Source: Blasia pusilla
Lineage: Eukaryota
Length of the DNA: 64,000 bases
Assembly (NCBI GenBank): GCA_050084515.1
Contig: CM114271.1
Location: 12,896,001-12,960,000 of the forward strand
Direction: 5' to 3'
The position numbers and the translations under genes were made by a program. Below are positions 24,574-38,549 of this stretch, one piece after another. Position 1 is the first letter of the stretch, and every line of letters starts with the position of its first letter. The notes under the pieces are model-generated. The model ran no database searches. It was not told the DNA's origin and saw only the letters and a list, made by a program, of their open reading frames with translations.

Positions 24574-27500
24574 AGACTCAAGGTGAGATAATTGGGAATG
24601 AAAAAAATTCACATATGGAGGATGATAATGTGAAATTACAGGACACACGATGAATAGAGTTTAAATTTTAAAAAATGACAAAAATAAGAAATTCTGATTT
24701 TTTTTATAATTCATCTAACTTGGCTCAAATTTTTTTTCCTAAATTCTCCTTTAGTAATTAAAAAAAAATTGTCCCTTTTCCAATCCTCGTCTTTCAATGA
24801 AAATCATTTATTTTGATGATTTTTTCCCCCAATCTAACTTGAAAGTTAAAAATAACATAGAAATAATATGTCCTCCTTAATTTTCAAGAATAATTCTCGT
24901 CCCATTAGTTTCCTATTATCCTTTTCATTATTTCCCAAACTAAAAATTCATTTTCCCTATAAACTAAACTTTAAATTTTGTTTGCATGAACCTTGAAAAA
25001 ATAATTTTAAATTTTCAAATGAGGAGAGATTAAAACAAAATGACTCTCGAAGATATTTTTTGGGAAGACGTTTGAATTTGGGTTAATTATAAATAATTAT
25101 GAAAATCTTACCCATTCTTGTTTTCTGCTTAGTATAAGATAAAATTTAAAAATTCATGAATTCATGGAAAATTTTGATAGGGGTTTTCAAAATTTCTCAA
25201 ACTAGTAAAAAAATTCACTCATTTTGATCCAAAGTTTGTCTCAAAGTATCTTAAAACCCTCACAGTTAAAGTTTGAAAAGGAGATTAAATGACATATTTC
25301 TAAAGTAATATGTAATTTCCCTTCCAAAATTAAATTGAAATTAAAAGTTTTAGTTTTTTTCTTACATTTTGAAACAATAATTTTAATTTCAAAGATGAAA
25401 AAATAAACTCATAATGCAAAAGAGGTAAAAAAAAAAAAGGATTCGATTTAAATTTATCTTTTAAAAAATAATAATAGTTTAAAAACCTTTTTTCTATTAA
25501 AAAATCAACTTACTATAGGGAAAATTAAACCATAATTCAATATGTGAGAGGCTTCACACATGGCGTTCGCGGGGAGCTTCTTAGCTAGGGCTAAAGCCCT
25601 TAATAATATGAGTGTAAATACCCTATAGACATTGTGGAACCTTTTAAAAAATAAAGTTGAGTTGTGTTAGTTTTTGTTATTTGGACTTATTTATGAGTTG
25701 TCTTAATGGCATCTTTAATCATGAAGACATCTTATATTTCTTTTCTTATTTGAGTTCTATTTTAATTATATTTTTGGATGAAAAAAAGTTCATGCATGGT
25801 GGAGGTCATAGCATTAGCTATATATTGTTGCAAATGGGGCTACAACATTTAGTATTCTCCAAAATTCTGCATAATTTTTATCACAACAATGGAAATACTT
25901 ACTGAGACTAAAGAAATTATATTCTTTATAATATAAGCACATGCAATTACCATGTGGTTTCCTAAGAGTTCAAAATCAGGAAAAATGTCCACCACCCAAA
26001 TTATAAGGTCTTGGTTAAGGGCCCAAATTTGGAGATCAATTCTAGGATTTTCATGAAAATCCTTATATCGGGGGAAATATCCATACTACAATTGGATTGA
26101 TGCTCTCATCTAGAAATGAATTTTTTGTTCTTCACTTCATTGCCAAATCTTGAATTGTTATAATATCACATGTTTGAAGACGAAGAGAGCGGTTCTCATA
26201 ATCATGAATTAAACTAGAAACAATGGAGTCTTGCATTTTCCTTTTTGCTTCATTCTCTGCTTTTGACAAATTTATGAGATAAATCTTCTTCACAATCTTG
26301 CAAAAGGGAGAAAATTTCCTTTACTAAGTAATAATTCTCTTTTGCACTTTTGCTACAAACTCATTATATTCCATTTTTCATCCCTCACATATATTCTTCA
26401 CTAATTGCTAAACTGTGCTTTCATGTTTTATCTCCTTCAAAAATAAACATAATTGAAAAAAAATCACCACCTCATGAAATTTGGGCCAAAATCATCGCAC
26501 TCTTAAGCGAGAACCCTTTCTTGAATTATCTTCTGATTTATTGAGTTGAAGGGCAACTCAATTAGGAGTTATGACAAGGATTTTACCTAGGAACACAATA
26601 CCTCCTAAAGTATCCTATTTTAAGGTTAAGTTTCTTACTTGTGGAAAGAGACATCGTCCTATTTTCATTAAAAAATTTAAATAAAAACCATATCCTCCAT
26701 GCATTCTTATAATAGGAGAAAATAAATTTGACATCCAAGTGCTAATCTTAGTCATCCGAGTAGGATGCATCAAGTCCAATTGGTCATATAGTCAAATTTT
26801 TCAAAAGAATTAGAGGAAGCTTTGTGAAACAATTTCAAGAAGTCTTATGGAGATTAGTAGTGATTCCGTAAAAGCCCTTACCCTTTTAATTCAAAAAATT
26901 GTAGGTTTTCATGAAAACAAAAATATTTTTTACCTCTTTCTAATGGTATAATTTTCTACAAGTTAAGAAAAGCATAAACTTAATTTAAATACACATAGAT
27001 GGTTGTCATGGCTAAATCTCTTTGAAGTAAGAATATGTTTGAGAGGTCCTTGTCCCTTGATACAACCATGAAAATTTTATGGCCTTCACACCGTAAGCAT
27101 TGTTTGTTATTTGTGTTGGAGTACACTATATAAGACTAAAGGGTCTTCACAAGACTAAATTGAAACCTTTCAATTAGCCCTAGTAAGGCAAATAAGACCA
27201 ATGAAAATGGAAAATTTATTCATAGCAAATTTTGAAATGGTTATGAGTAAAGTGTTCTCAAGGATCACCAAGACTAGTACTCTCATCTATTTCATAATGT
27301 TCTTTCCTTCATATAAATCTCACATAAACCATGGAAAAGAAAAGGTGTCCCAAGAACTTGTTACAACTTTGGCACTCAATAATTTCATTAAATTTTCATT
27401 TATTTGTATGTGAAATTGAAAAAAAAACTATTTGAACCTATTAATGAGTCATACATGCCCTAAAAATCTCGTTAAATTCAGTTTTACAAATATGACGCAC

Positions 27501-29729
27501 AATAATCCAATGCCTACATATTCTTTGGGTTTTTTCTAAAGGATTTTCCTACCCTAGACTCAACCATGATGACAATGGAGCTCATGACGTGGTCATATTT
27601 GCACAAAAGTAGACAAGTCTCTCCATATCACAAACATGGATGGACATTAACCCAAAGTTTCATTTCCCACCTCCATAGACTTTTCCACCCTTATCATATA
27701 TTTAAGTAATTGAAATGTACTTTTACTCCGATACATCAATATCTAAACTCTCATGGACTAAAGCATGCAAAAGCAAATGCCTAGGTTCCCATTATATCAT
27801 TCAAACTTCTATTAGGGCTACCCGAAGCCCTTTCCCTCTTCACCACTACACAACAAATCCCCTTGTATGTTGATTTGGGAGGACTCTATAGAATGAGGAA
27901 GGGTCCTCCAATAATCAACAAGAAGCATCCCCATCACCATAACACGATAGACCCAAAACTAGTGGCTACGTAGAGAAAACTCTACTTGAAACATGGATGT
28001 CAAGAGGAGCAAGGTTGATGGAGCAAGAAAGGCCTCAAGAAGGTTCATGAGGTCATCAGGAGTAACAATTTTTGAAAGGATAGAGTTGGCGTGCACTATC
28101 CAAGCTGATGTGCAAACTCACGAAGATTGTTTTGCAACTTCAAATGTGCAATAGGCTTTATTTGGCAATAAATTTGCTAAGGTTGGTCCATAGGGTGACA
28201 TACCAACTTCAAGGCCATTTTCCATTGTCATCTCACAATCACATCAAGAAAAATACCTTCCGTATCTCTTAATAGATTCAACTTCATTGTCTTCATATGC
28301 AACAACATGGCTAGTGGTTGCATTGCCATAGATGATCCCTATGCTTCATATTTTAATTTCGTGCTTACTACTAATCATCTAGCTATAGCTACTGATGAGG
28401 AAGAAGCAAAAATGAGAGGGGGCTCACATTGAGAGGGCATCCAGAGGATTGCAAGCAAGATGGACTATAGAAGAAAAAATATGTGTTAACTTTGGGACTA
28501 GGATTTTTTTCAAATAACCATGCACTATTATATCATCTTGCATATATAACCTGATTTTTAAAGATGAATGCCTCAATGGAGACCTCACCCAAAACTAAAA
28601 CCCCAAACTCTAAACCCAAAACTACCTCTTTGATGATGTGAGATTACCACCATTGAAAAGAACCTCATTTTTTGAACTCATGAAAGAGCCTCCTATATTG
28701 AGAATTTTACCACTCATATCAAACTCATGCATGATTTGGGGGAGCATCTTTGGTCAAGCAAGGGCGATACTTGAGGCACAAAACCATGGTTAAGTTAATG
28801 AAATATTGTTGTAGTGTTTAGGATGAAAAATAAAATAAGGAATCCATACTCTAGTACTCATCAAGAAATCAGGGAAATGAGAGAAATTCATTTCTACTTT
28901 ATGCATTGCATTGAAATTTGTGCCGAAGTCGACTTTGGTTGCACATATTCTGATCTAAATGTTTAAAGCTTACACACCTAAATGGGCATGGCAAGTGACA
29001 ATGTTGTGATTTGGCTTGATATAAAGAGTAAATCTTCCTACATTATATGCATTTGATATCATCAACCAATACCCATACAAGATCCATTCAGACAAGATGC
29101 TCAATGTGAGTGAAAGGTTGCATCAATTATAAGAGAGCATGAAAGAATTGAGATTTGTTTTCTGAAACTATAGGCTTACAAGGATTTGAAAAAACTCATC
29201 CACATGTCCACGTACTCTTATATGTTGCAATATAACACTACTAATTTTGGCTTGACTATGGATTGATACCCTGAGACATTCGATCAAAAGTTGTAGAGTG
29301 TGAATTGACACATGAGGCTGCAAAATTACACTGGTGGGCTATGAATTGACATCATGGCTTACTACCATCATGGTATTCAAAGTAACCAAATTTTAAAGAA
29401 GGACCTTCACACACCCAAAAAATACATGGAATCTATCCACGAAAGGCAAAATTACTTCTATTTTGCGCTCATGAAGCGCAACCCATGCATTTCTCCCGAT
29501 GAAAGGCTACTAAATCATGGAATTCATATCCTATGGAAACCCACATATGCATTTGCATAAAATTTATGCTCGCTATCACAAATTGAAGAGTGTCTCACAT
29601 TCCAACAAGGTTGAAAATCATAAGGATCTTAACAACATTCTACTTCACACAATTTTAGGTTGGAACCTCTATGATACCTTTGGGCTAATTAGATGGGATG
29701 GATTTCTATATATATAGTGTACCCACACG

Positions 29730-30735
29730 TCTGTCATCAACGGCGGACAACGGCCGAACGCGGCTCCGAATGGTAGCAGGCAGCAGCGGCAGTCGAAGGT
29801 CGACAGTGTACGGCAACGGTGGACCTTTGACGGTGACGCGGGACCATTGTAGGCGACAGCTGCCGCCGGCGCGGCGGCTAGTTTAGGGTTTGAACAATTT
29901 TACCCTAAAAATTGCCTTACAATGGTAATTTTTCAAAATTGGTCATAACTTTCCGCTCGAGCTCCAAATCATGCATTGTCTATTGCACAGGGTGCACAAC
30001 TTCACGATCTATGATGGCGTCAAAAAATCTTTGAACTGGACCTTCCCATTGAAACTAACGAGGACTGTCGTAAATCCCAATGTCTCTTCTCCTACAGAAA
30101 TTTTGGCAGCGCTTCAACGCTGATTTCTCCCAACGAAAATGTAAACCTGTGAAAATAAAAAATCAGCAAGCTTCATGGTGCTCCCAAGAGCACCGGCATG
30201 GGGCAACCCGCCCGCATACTCAATCCTTATCAGGAAAGAGTTTGGGAGAGGGGAGGGGTATACCTCAAGGAGAGAGAGCTTGAGAGCTCATTCTCTCTTT
30301 GACAGGTTATCTCTCCATAGTAATCTATGCTCCCAAGTCAACTCCTTGGCTCTTGACCTAATGTAGGAGATCAAGGGCCACTTTCCAAAATAGAAATTCG
30401 ATTATATACTCAAAATGGTACGTACCTAAAATAGTAAGTTTCTCAATATGGCTCCAAATGAGTCGAAACGAAGGGGAAACCTGCTCTCTCAGGTTTCCCG
30501 GGGCCTCAACAGATCATCTATGACCTCCTGAGCCTATCCTCCATTACTCGGGGAGGCGGTCTACTATATTCCACCGATCTATCCTAAAAGACGTGATAGT
30601 TGTCGTGCGCATACACATCGCTACACAACATACATCGCTATCACCAAACACACACACAAAATATCTCATTGCGTATATTTTTGTGTGTCCGGTGACAGCG
30701 AAGTATGTTTTGTAGTGATGTGTATACGCACGATA
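29730..30735 (-). mobile_element. Rearranged non-coding fragment of the DNMT-retrotransposon family (B-A-C blocks with internal inversions)
   Basis: 29730-30235 is the reverse complement of ~37690-38230. 30310-30598 is the reverse complement of the A block. 30238-30300 is an A-block piece in the opposite orientation. 30601-30735 is a fold-back of the B block (TGTCGTGCGCATACACATCG...TGATGTGTATACGCACGATA). Confidence 0.85.
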
Positions 30736-30738
30736 AAT

Positions 30739-31720
30739 GGTTCGGGTCCTAAAAGGAGTTAGTCATTTTTGAGCTTTTGCACATATCTCCATTTTGCATG
30801 AAAATTTGCAAAACTGCTAGATGCACCTTGGAGACCATGTGGGCCAAATTGCACCTCAAGATGAAATTTTTTAGGGTAGATTGAAAATGAAAAAACCTTA
30901 TTTTGATGGAAGGTCTAATGGTCCGGGTCCAAAAAGGACTTGCCAAATTTTGAGCTTGTGATCCCAACTCCATTTTGCTTGAAAATTGGGAAGATTGCTA
31001 GATGCACCTTGGAGACCATGTGGTCCAAATTTCACATCAAGATGAGAAATGTGGACAAGGTGAAAAATCATAAGACCTCCTTATCATTCAAGGTTTAATG
31101 GTTCGGGTCCAAAAAGGAGTTAGTAATTTTTGAGTTTTTTCTCACAACTCCATTTTGACTTAAACTTGGCAAGAGTGTCACATGCACCTTGGGGACCATG
31201 TTGTGCAAATTTCAGCTTAAGATGAGAAAGTTGGACAACATGGAAAATGAAAAAAACCATTTTTTCATAGAAGGTCTAATGCTTCAAGTCCAAAAAGGAG
31301 TCAGTAATTTTTGGGCTTTTGCTCATAACTCCATTTTGCATGAAACTTTACTAGATTTTAACATGCATCTTGGGGAACACGTGGGACAAATTTCATTTCA
31401 AAATGTGAAAGTTGGATAAGATGAAGAATGAAAAAACCTTATTTTGATAGAAGGTTTGATGGTTCGGGTCCAAAATGGACTTGCTATTTTTTGAGCTTAT
31501 GGTCCCAACTCCATTTTTCTTTAAACTCGGCAAGAGTGCTAGATGCACCTTGGAGACCACGTAGGATAAATTTTAACGCAAGATGGAAACGTTGGACAAG
31601 ATGTCCGGTTAAAGATATTTAAAAAAAATTAAGGTTATCTGCTTCGGGTCCAAAAGCTCACTTTAAACTTAATTTGGGACGAGACTTTGCCAAAGTGATA
31701 GATGTTACTTGGAGACCATC
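30739..31720. repeat. Tandem array of ~180-bp units (5 full + 1 partial)
   Basis: A GGTTCGGGTCCAAAA-like anchor recurs at 30739, 30920, 31100, 31281, 31461 and 31641, with shared CTCCATTTT and GATGCACCTTGGAGACCA motifs. Confidence 0.92.
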
Positions 31721-32505
31721 TGTTCTATTATATAGAATGTTAGAAGAGTTATTACATTTCACTCTTGTAAGTAATTACACTCTTGCAATGAAATGTAAAT
31801 GATATCCTACTCCCTAGAGTAAATTCATCCTTCCATAAAATTCAAACCAAATCTATTCATTCTCCATTAAAATTAAATTTCCCTTTCCATTACTTATGAA
31901 TCAAGGCACCTATGAATTTATTTATCTAATATTTTAAAATCTATATAAAATTAGTAATATTTATATTCACCTATTATAGTATTAAATAAAAATTAATAAG
32001 TAAATTTGGTTTTCTATTCCATCCAAGTCCCTTTCAAATTCTACCCCATGCAATATTGGTCACTAAAAGAAATTCATACATTATTTTCCTTTACAATTAA
32101 ATTCAAACATATATTTTCCTTCATTAATTTTGGAAAAAATTCACCCCGTTTCCAATCCCCATCTTTCAACAAATAAAAGAAAATTGCTTATTTTGACGAG
32201 TTAGTAATTTTTTAGGATTTAGTAATAAAAAAAATTCTATTTTTATCAAACAAATCATTCAATTATGGTACCTTCCACCTTATCCAAGGATTTCTATCCC
32301 AAGAGAAAAATTTCATCCATTTCATGAACTCACATCATGGAAAATATTTGTGATCGGCTCACATTCACAAGTTTCCTTCGTGAAATATTTTAAATTTTTT
32401 TGAAAATGTTTTACAACAAATAAGGAGAACCCCACAAAACTTTTGGATTGAGAGGAACCTAATACTTATGTATATTACAAAGATAGAAATATCAACTCAT
32501 TCTCT

Positions 32506-34743
32506 CTAATCTGATTCATCGTCCGATATATGTAACACCGGTGCCGACGTCTCGCCATTTCTTCCTCCTCTTCCCCTAGCTCCAGTCACGCGCGTCCCAC
32601 CTCCACAAGGAATAGTCCTTTCCAACTCAACATCAGCTTCACCATCACTTTCTTGTGTTGGCTATGTCGGAAAAATCTCCCACTGTCTCTCGAGGAATCC
32701 AAAGAGTTCCTCCTGCATTCGACGAGGGTTATAGTATGTTCGAGGATATCCGCCTTCAGTCCGCTGAGGAATATCTTGTCATAAGAAAGGTGGCAAGATC
32801 AATTCGAGTCTCCTCAAAACAAGCTCATCCATCAATGGATTTTGATGATGGTTTAGCACCAGTTGTCGAGTTGTGTTGAGGACATCTCGAACTTCTTGTG
32901 AATTCAATCCTTGAGCAAAGAAGAAGTTTTCCGCCTCTTGATTTTGGAGATCAATGGTTGTTCCATGGATGAGCTCTCCTCAATCGTACATGTTAATGAA
33001 GCGGATCAACCACACTTGCATTGCCCAATCAATCCTCCGTTGGCGAGGGATTTCTACTTGAATCACCCCGTCTATGTTCACTTCGGGGTTATAGTTCAAT
33101 TGGTGGCTACGATGTCCCAAATTGAAAGTGAAATTTTCTTGCTCTTGGGTTAATTTGCGATAAGTGGGTGGAGCATTGCCAACAAGAGCGCAGAAAGATA
33201 TGCCGAAAAGGTGATAGAGTCTTCCTGATCAAGCTTGTCTACAAGTTGGACACTTGTGAGATAGTAGCATGGACTTTTGAAGACAATATGGATGCCAATA
33301 ACAAGCTTTACATGTTTCTGTCACGTAGCAACCTTCTACAGGAATGGGGTTGAAGCAGATCATGCATTTGGGCCAATTGTTTGGCGTGAGGGCCCCTCCT
33401 TCACATACGGCGATTGCCTTCATCCAATCCGGAAGATCTTGCACTTGTATGTTCGGATTAAGAGGCGTTGGTTCCAACATTATAGAGGCATAGTTTACAG
33501 CGTTTGGATCTACCACATTGTCCCATGTTGCGCATAGAGCTGGAGGCCGCAACTGCTTGATAGGTTGAAATAAGATCATATCAACCTCCTTTACGAGACG
33601 AACCTCAAGTAGGGTTGTCTCGGGGGTGAGTTCTCCAACGTTACCTCTTGCTCTCCATTGCAACAATTCATCCATCTCTTGTTGTCGTCTTCCCATGATA
33701 TTCTCGTATGCTCTCCTCCACTGCTCTGTGTGGTCAACCATTACATCTCTTTGCCTTCTATGGAAGTCATCTCTGGCAATAGATTTGTTCAAAAGCCTCT
33801 CCATCTCTTTCTTCAATATGATGTGCTCCTCAGATAGTTCTTCATACTTTCGCTTCAAAACGTTGAATTCCGTGGCCAAATCAAAATTGCGTTGGGAAAT
33901 TTTTGTTAAACTCTCCAATTGTGATAGATGAGACATTACCTCGCTATTATCCGGAGCAATCTTCCCACGAAAGGTTTGGGGAGGAGCACCGCTATGTATA
34001 GGGCGATCAGAACTCTCCCCGGGCTCATCAAAGCTCGTACTATGACCTCCATAGAGGTCATTCAAAACATCTCGTCTATCCTCCGCCCCCATCTGTACTC
34101 ACCCTTCATCTCCACTCTCGTCTTGTATATATTCTTCAGCATGACGATTTCTTCTTTGACCATCCAAGGAAGATAGTATGGCTCTAAGGCTCTTTAACAA
34201 TCCACCTTGCTCATAATGGGGTGACAACGCTCGTGGTGATGAAGCTTCCACTCTTGCTCATTTAAAGTATTTCTGTGGGGTTCTACTGTCTTCTTCTCTT
34301 GGTCTCTTATCTCTTCTCAAAGACCCCTCATCCACATCGGCATACTGTACCTCCATATCCTTCATCAACTCCGCGACTTTGAACTGAACAAATACCTTGC
34401 TCACTAACTTCCTCTTCCTCTTGGGGAGGTCTTCGTACTTTTGGACGCCATTGAATAAAGCCCAATCCTTTGTCTAGACATTCTCTTCCACTTTCCTTGT
34501 AAATTCTCCAATCGCACGCTCCAACCACTTTATCAGCGACTTCTTGAACTCTCCTTTCAAAGCTTGTGGGTCAATAGCGCTATCCAAGTGCGCCTTCAAC
34601 TCATCTTCCGTGATGAATTGCAAGACCGTCTTCTTGTTCACCTTCAGAGGAATCTCTAGTGTCGGTGTATCGAGGGATTCTTCCCCTCTTCCGTCATCCT
34701 GATTGTTGTGAGGGCTATGGTCTTCATGAGGTGACAATTCCAT
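32506..34743 (-). pseudogene. Intronless coiled-coil + RING-finger protein pseudogene (putative E3 ligase)
   Basis: RING-like CMICFNPI...CYVTETCKACYWHPYCLQKSMLLSHKCPTC in ORF 33229-34092, with a heptad-like segment upstream. The same frame continues past in-frame TGA/TAG stops to ...ISDDESD* at 32506. Upstream pieces 34328-34743 look like the N-terminus. Confidence 0.7.
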
Positions 34744-34937
34744 CTTGTCTTTTACCGAAATACAAAAAGAAAGGTGATTTAGAAATGATTCCAATAATAG
34801 TGATACGATGGCACACGATACATCCGCACATCAATCAAGATTCATCATTCCAAAAATTTCGTAGTAACACATTCATCTTTTTGAACCAAGTATTTCACTT
34901 TTCATGAAAAATATCCAATCCTCAAACGGGTTTACAA

Positions 34938-36321
34938 TCATACTACCACTATTATTGGCCTTAATCCCGAATCTACATCATCTACACCTAATACTTTCGC
35001 ATTTGCTGTGATATATGCAATAAGAAACTCTAAGCTTTTGCGATCAAAGGGATTCGGACCTAATGCCCACTTTTGAATCCTTTCCAAATAAGTAAATCTC
35101 ACGTACGCTTGGGCATTCCCGACAGAGACCTTGTATGTCACATAGTTCAAATTCTTCACAATCATTCCGAGGGCATAGATTTCAATAGCCTTGCTAAAAG
35201 GGAGATTGTGAGGCCCTGCTGTCAACTCCGGTGCTATATGCCCAACATGATTTTTTTGTTCATGCTGCCACCATCTATGAGAAGACCCTAAGACTTCATC
35301 AGTCCACATGGCATTCTCCCAATCTCCAACGCTGATGTATGGGCTAGAGTTCGATCGAAAATAGATGAATATGTTTCTAGCATGGAGGTCGTTATGAAAA
35401 CCCCTACGCTTGTGGACAGTCTCCATGGTACCAAGAAGGGCAACCACTAGCTGGATAACATTTGATGATATTGCGAGACATCTCATCTTTTCCAACTCTC
35501 CTAGATTACTCCCGCTGTTCTTCAAGTTATGGCATGCTCGCAACCAATTTTCGAGGTGTCCATCATTCAAATATGGAAAAATGACATGCAGTGGATCCTT
35601 GATCCACCTTCCTACCATGCAAACAACACCGCGATGTAAAATACTCGCAAACAACTCCTCTCGCATCATCAATTTTCTAGATCCTGATGGAGATGATTCC
35701 TTATACACCTTCATGCAATAGTACATTCTTCCCTAAAGCCATGGGTTCAATTTATTTTATGACAGGACACAATTCCGTGTAAATCGGTTCCCACAATATC
35801 GCTCTAGTCATGTCCTATTACTACATTTTTATCAGAAATCAAAGTTATTGCACATGGAACGGTCAATGTCAACCCCTAGAGAAGTACTACATCCCTTGAA
35901 AAGATGTTGAGCACTTCTTAACTCTATACAAAATCTTTCTAGGAGAGCCAACTCTGTAGCATTCTGCTTCTCATCCTTATATGTCTTAAGATCGACATAC
36001 GCTCTCTCCAAGTTAAAACCTTGTTGGGTCACAAAATTTAGTCCACCTCTCAGCCTCCGCGGCATCCACTTCCCAATCAAATGCCTTTGCCACTCTATTG
36101 GAAAATCTCTGCAATTCCAAGGTGTAGTTATGTAAACCATCCATATCCCTTAAAATGTAGGATAGTCTCTTGTCTAAAGAAAGCTGGAAAAATGAGTCCA
36201 ACCATGCCTCTCTTATGGCCATGTTGAAATCATTCCTCAGAGTTGTTCTTTGCCTCTTGACACCGACGTTGGACTTATTTCGGTTCTCTTCCACACTCGA
36301 TGGCCCAGCCCCACTAGACAT
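34938..36321 (-). pseudogene. Intronless protein kinase-like pseudogene
   Basis: YCMKVYK (beta3 Lys), FHNDLHARNIFI (catalytic loop), VGDWENA (DFG position), HIAPEL (APE) and EIYALGMI in 34938-35726. The N-terminal part (35832-36321) is frameshifted. Confidence 0.72.
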
Positions 36322-38549
36322 TTCCCTCGGATGAAGAAGATAATCATATCTTAAACAATATAAGGGAAAGAAATATACGGGTTGAGATAAGAAAATACCG
36401 AAAAGAGAATGACGTGAGATGCTAAAACAATGGCTCAGAATGTACCAGCGCGTGAATGATGGAAGTTTAGGGTTGGGCTCTCAAAGGGAATAGGTAGATA
36501 TGAGCGTGTTTAGACAAGGTTCCTTGATCACCTCCACATCCCCGTTGTGCTAAGGAGAACCAATGAAACAAGTCAAAACAAAGCACGCGAGCGGGATGTA
36601 CGCGGGCCCTAGAGCCACATGCGGGCTAGGCCCAAAGCGACGAAGTAGAGGATGCGACGTGGCCCAATTTGTCCGTGACGTGAGCCAGACAAAAAAATGG
36701 GGGTCGAGCATGATGCGCACTGGCCGAGAAAGGGCGGATTGCTCGGTGTGCGCGGACATGGGTACCGGCCGTGGTTAGCGCGGGCTCATGGAGCCCGCAC
36801 CTGGGCCCGCACGGACATGTCCCTCTTCGAGACGAACAAGTCAGCAGACAGGGACTTTTTTCACGTGAAATCTTAGCCGCAGGTACTTGGGCCGACACGG
36901 ACATTGTCCGTGTGCAACCTTGGTGGCTACATTAGTATTGTTTAGGAAGAGATATTGTAGAAGAGCCTACATTGAGAAGGGTGTCAGGTCTTTTAGGATA
37001 GATCGGTGGGATCTAATAGAGCGCCTTCATGAGTAGTGGGGGACACGCCTAGTAGGTCGAGGGTGACCTGCTGAGGCCCTTGGAAACCTGAGATAGCAGG
37101 TTTCCCCTTCGTTTCGGCTCATTTGGAGCCATATTGAGGAACTTGCTATTTTAGGTAAATACCATTTTGAGTATATGATCAACTTACTATTTTTGGTAAG
37201 TGGCCCTTGACCTCCTACATCAGGTCAAGAGCCAAGGAGGTGACTTGGGAGAATAGGTTACCATGGAGAGAGCTTGGGAGAGGAGAGGGGTATACCTCAA
37301 GGAGAGAGAGCTTGAGAGCTCATTCTCTCTTTGTTGAACCTCTTGGCATGAGGCAGCGGAGCTATGGTACCTTGCCTTGTGAGTGTAACCCAAGCCTCTC
37401 ATTAGGAGAATGGGTTTGGTTTGACATGAGAGAGAGTGCACACCTTTGAGAGCTATGGTGTGAGATGGTGGAGAGAGAGATTGGATCTTACTTTACAAAG
37501 AGAGAATGAGAGAATGAGAGAGTGAGAGAGCTTCATGGGGGAGCTCGCTGGTCACTCGCTGTTTTTGCAAGTTGGGGACCGTGTTCCCCATTCAACGGCT
37601 CATGGGAGTGCTCACCGGAGCAAGGGCTGCTTTCATTACTCTTTGCATTTGCCGATTTTTCGTGTGGAAGAGTGGCGCGCGGAAGCGCTGCCCAATTTCT
37701 GATAGGGATTGAGTATGGGGACGGGTTGCCCCATGCTGGTGCTCTCGAGAGCACCATGTAGTTTTCTGATATGTATTTTTACAGATGTTACATTTTCATT
37801 GGGAGAAATCAGCGCGGGAGTGCTGCCAAATTTTGTGTAGGAGAAAGAGACATTGGGCTTTACGACAATCCCCGTCAGTTTTTACTGAAATTTCTGATTC
37901 TAAATATTTTTGATGGTAGCGTAGATCGTGAAGCTGTGCACGCTGTGCAACAAAGAGTGCACAATTTGGAGTTGTGAGCAAAAAGTTATGGGCAATCTTG
38001 TAAAGCTGCCATTGCTAGGCGATTTTTAGGGTTAAATCGTGCAAACCCTAAATCAGCCGCCACACCGGCGGCGGCCGTCGCCATCATAGTCACCGTCAAC
38101 GGTCGACGGTCAACCATCACCGTTGACAGTCAACCGTCACCGTCATCGGTCGGCCGTCACCATCAGCGGTCAACCGTCATTGTCAAGGGTCCACCGTCCA
38201 TTGTCCACCCTTTGGATGCCATTGCCGCCATTACGGAGTGGAGGGTCTTCCATGACGTTCGTTGATTCCTTGACTTGCGTCGCCACCACGTACTTTGTTT
38301 TGGCCGCCACCGTCATCGCAGTTTCTTCATCAACCAGTGAAGGCAGATGACCTCCGGTTATGGTGTTTGAGTTTTGATTTCATCTTTGCTATGTTGTGAT
38401 TGGTAGCCGCTCGGCGCGATCGAGTATTGTGCCGTGAAGCTGTAGCCGCAAGCGCCGCCGATTGCCGCGCCGTGCCGTGCTCGTGGCCGCACCGCACCAT
38501 CTCGTCAGCGAGCCGCACCGTCATTATGGAGCGAGTGTGGGATTATTAT

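Noticed and set aside
26000-29700. Coding-like debris, possibly transposase fragments
   Set aside because: Too decayed to assign any family by eye.
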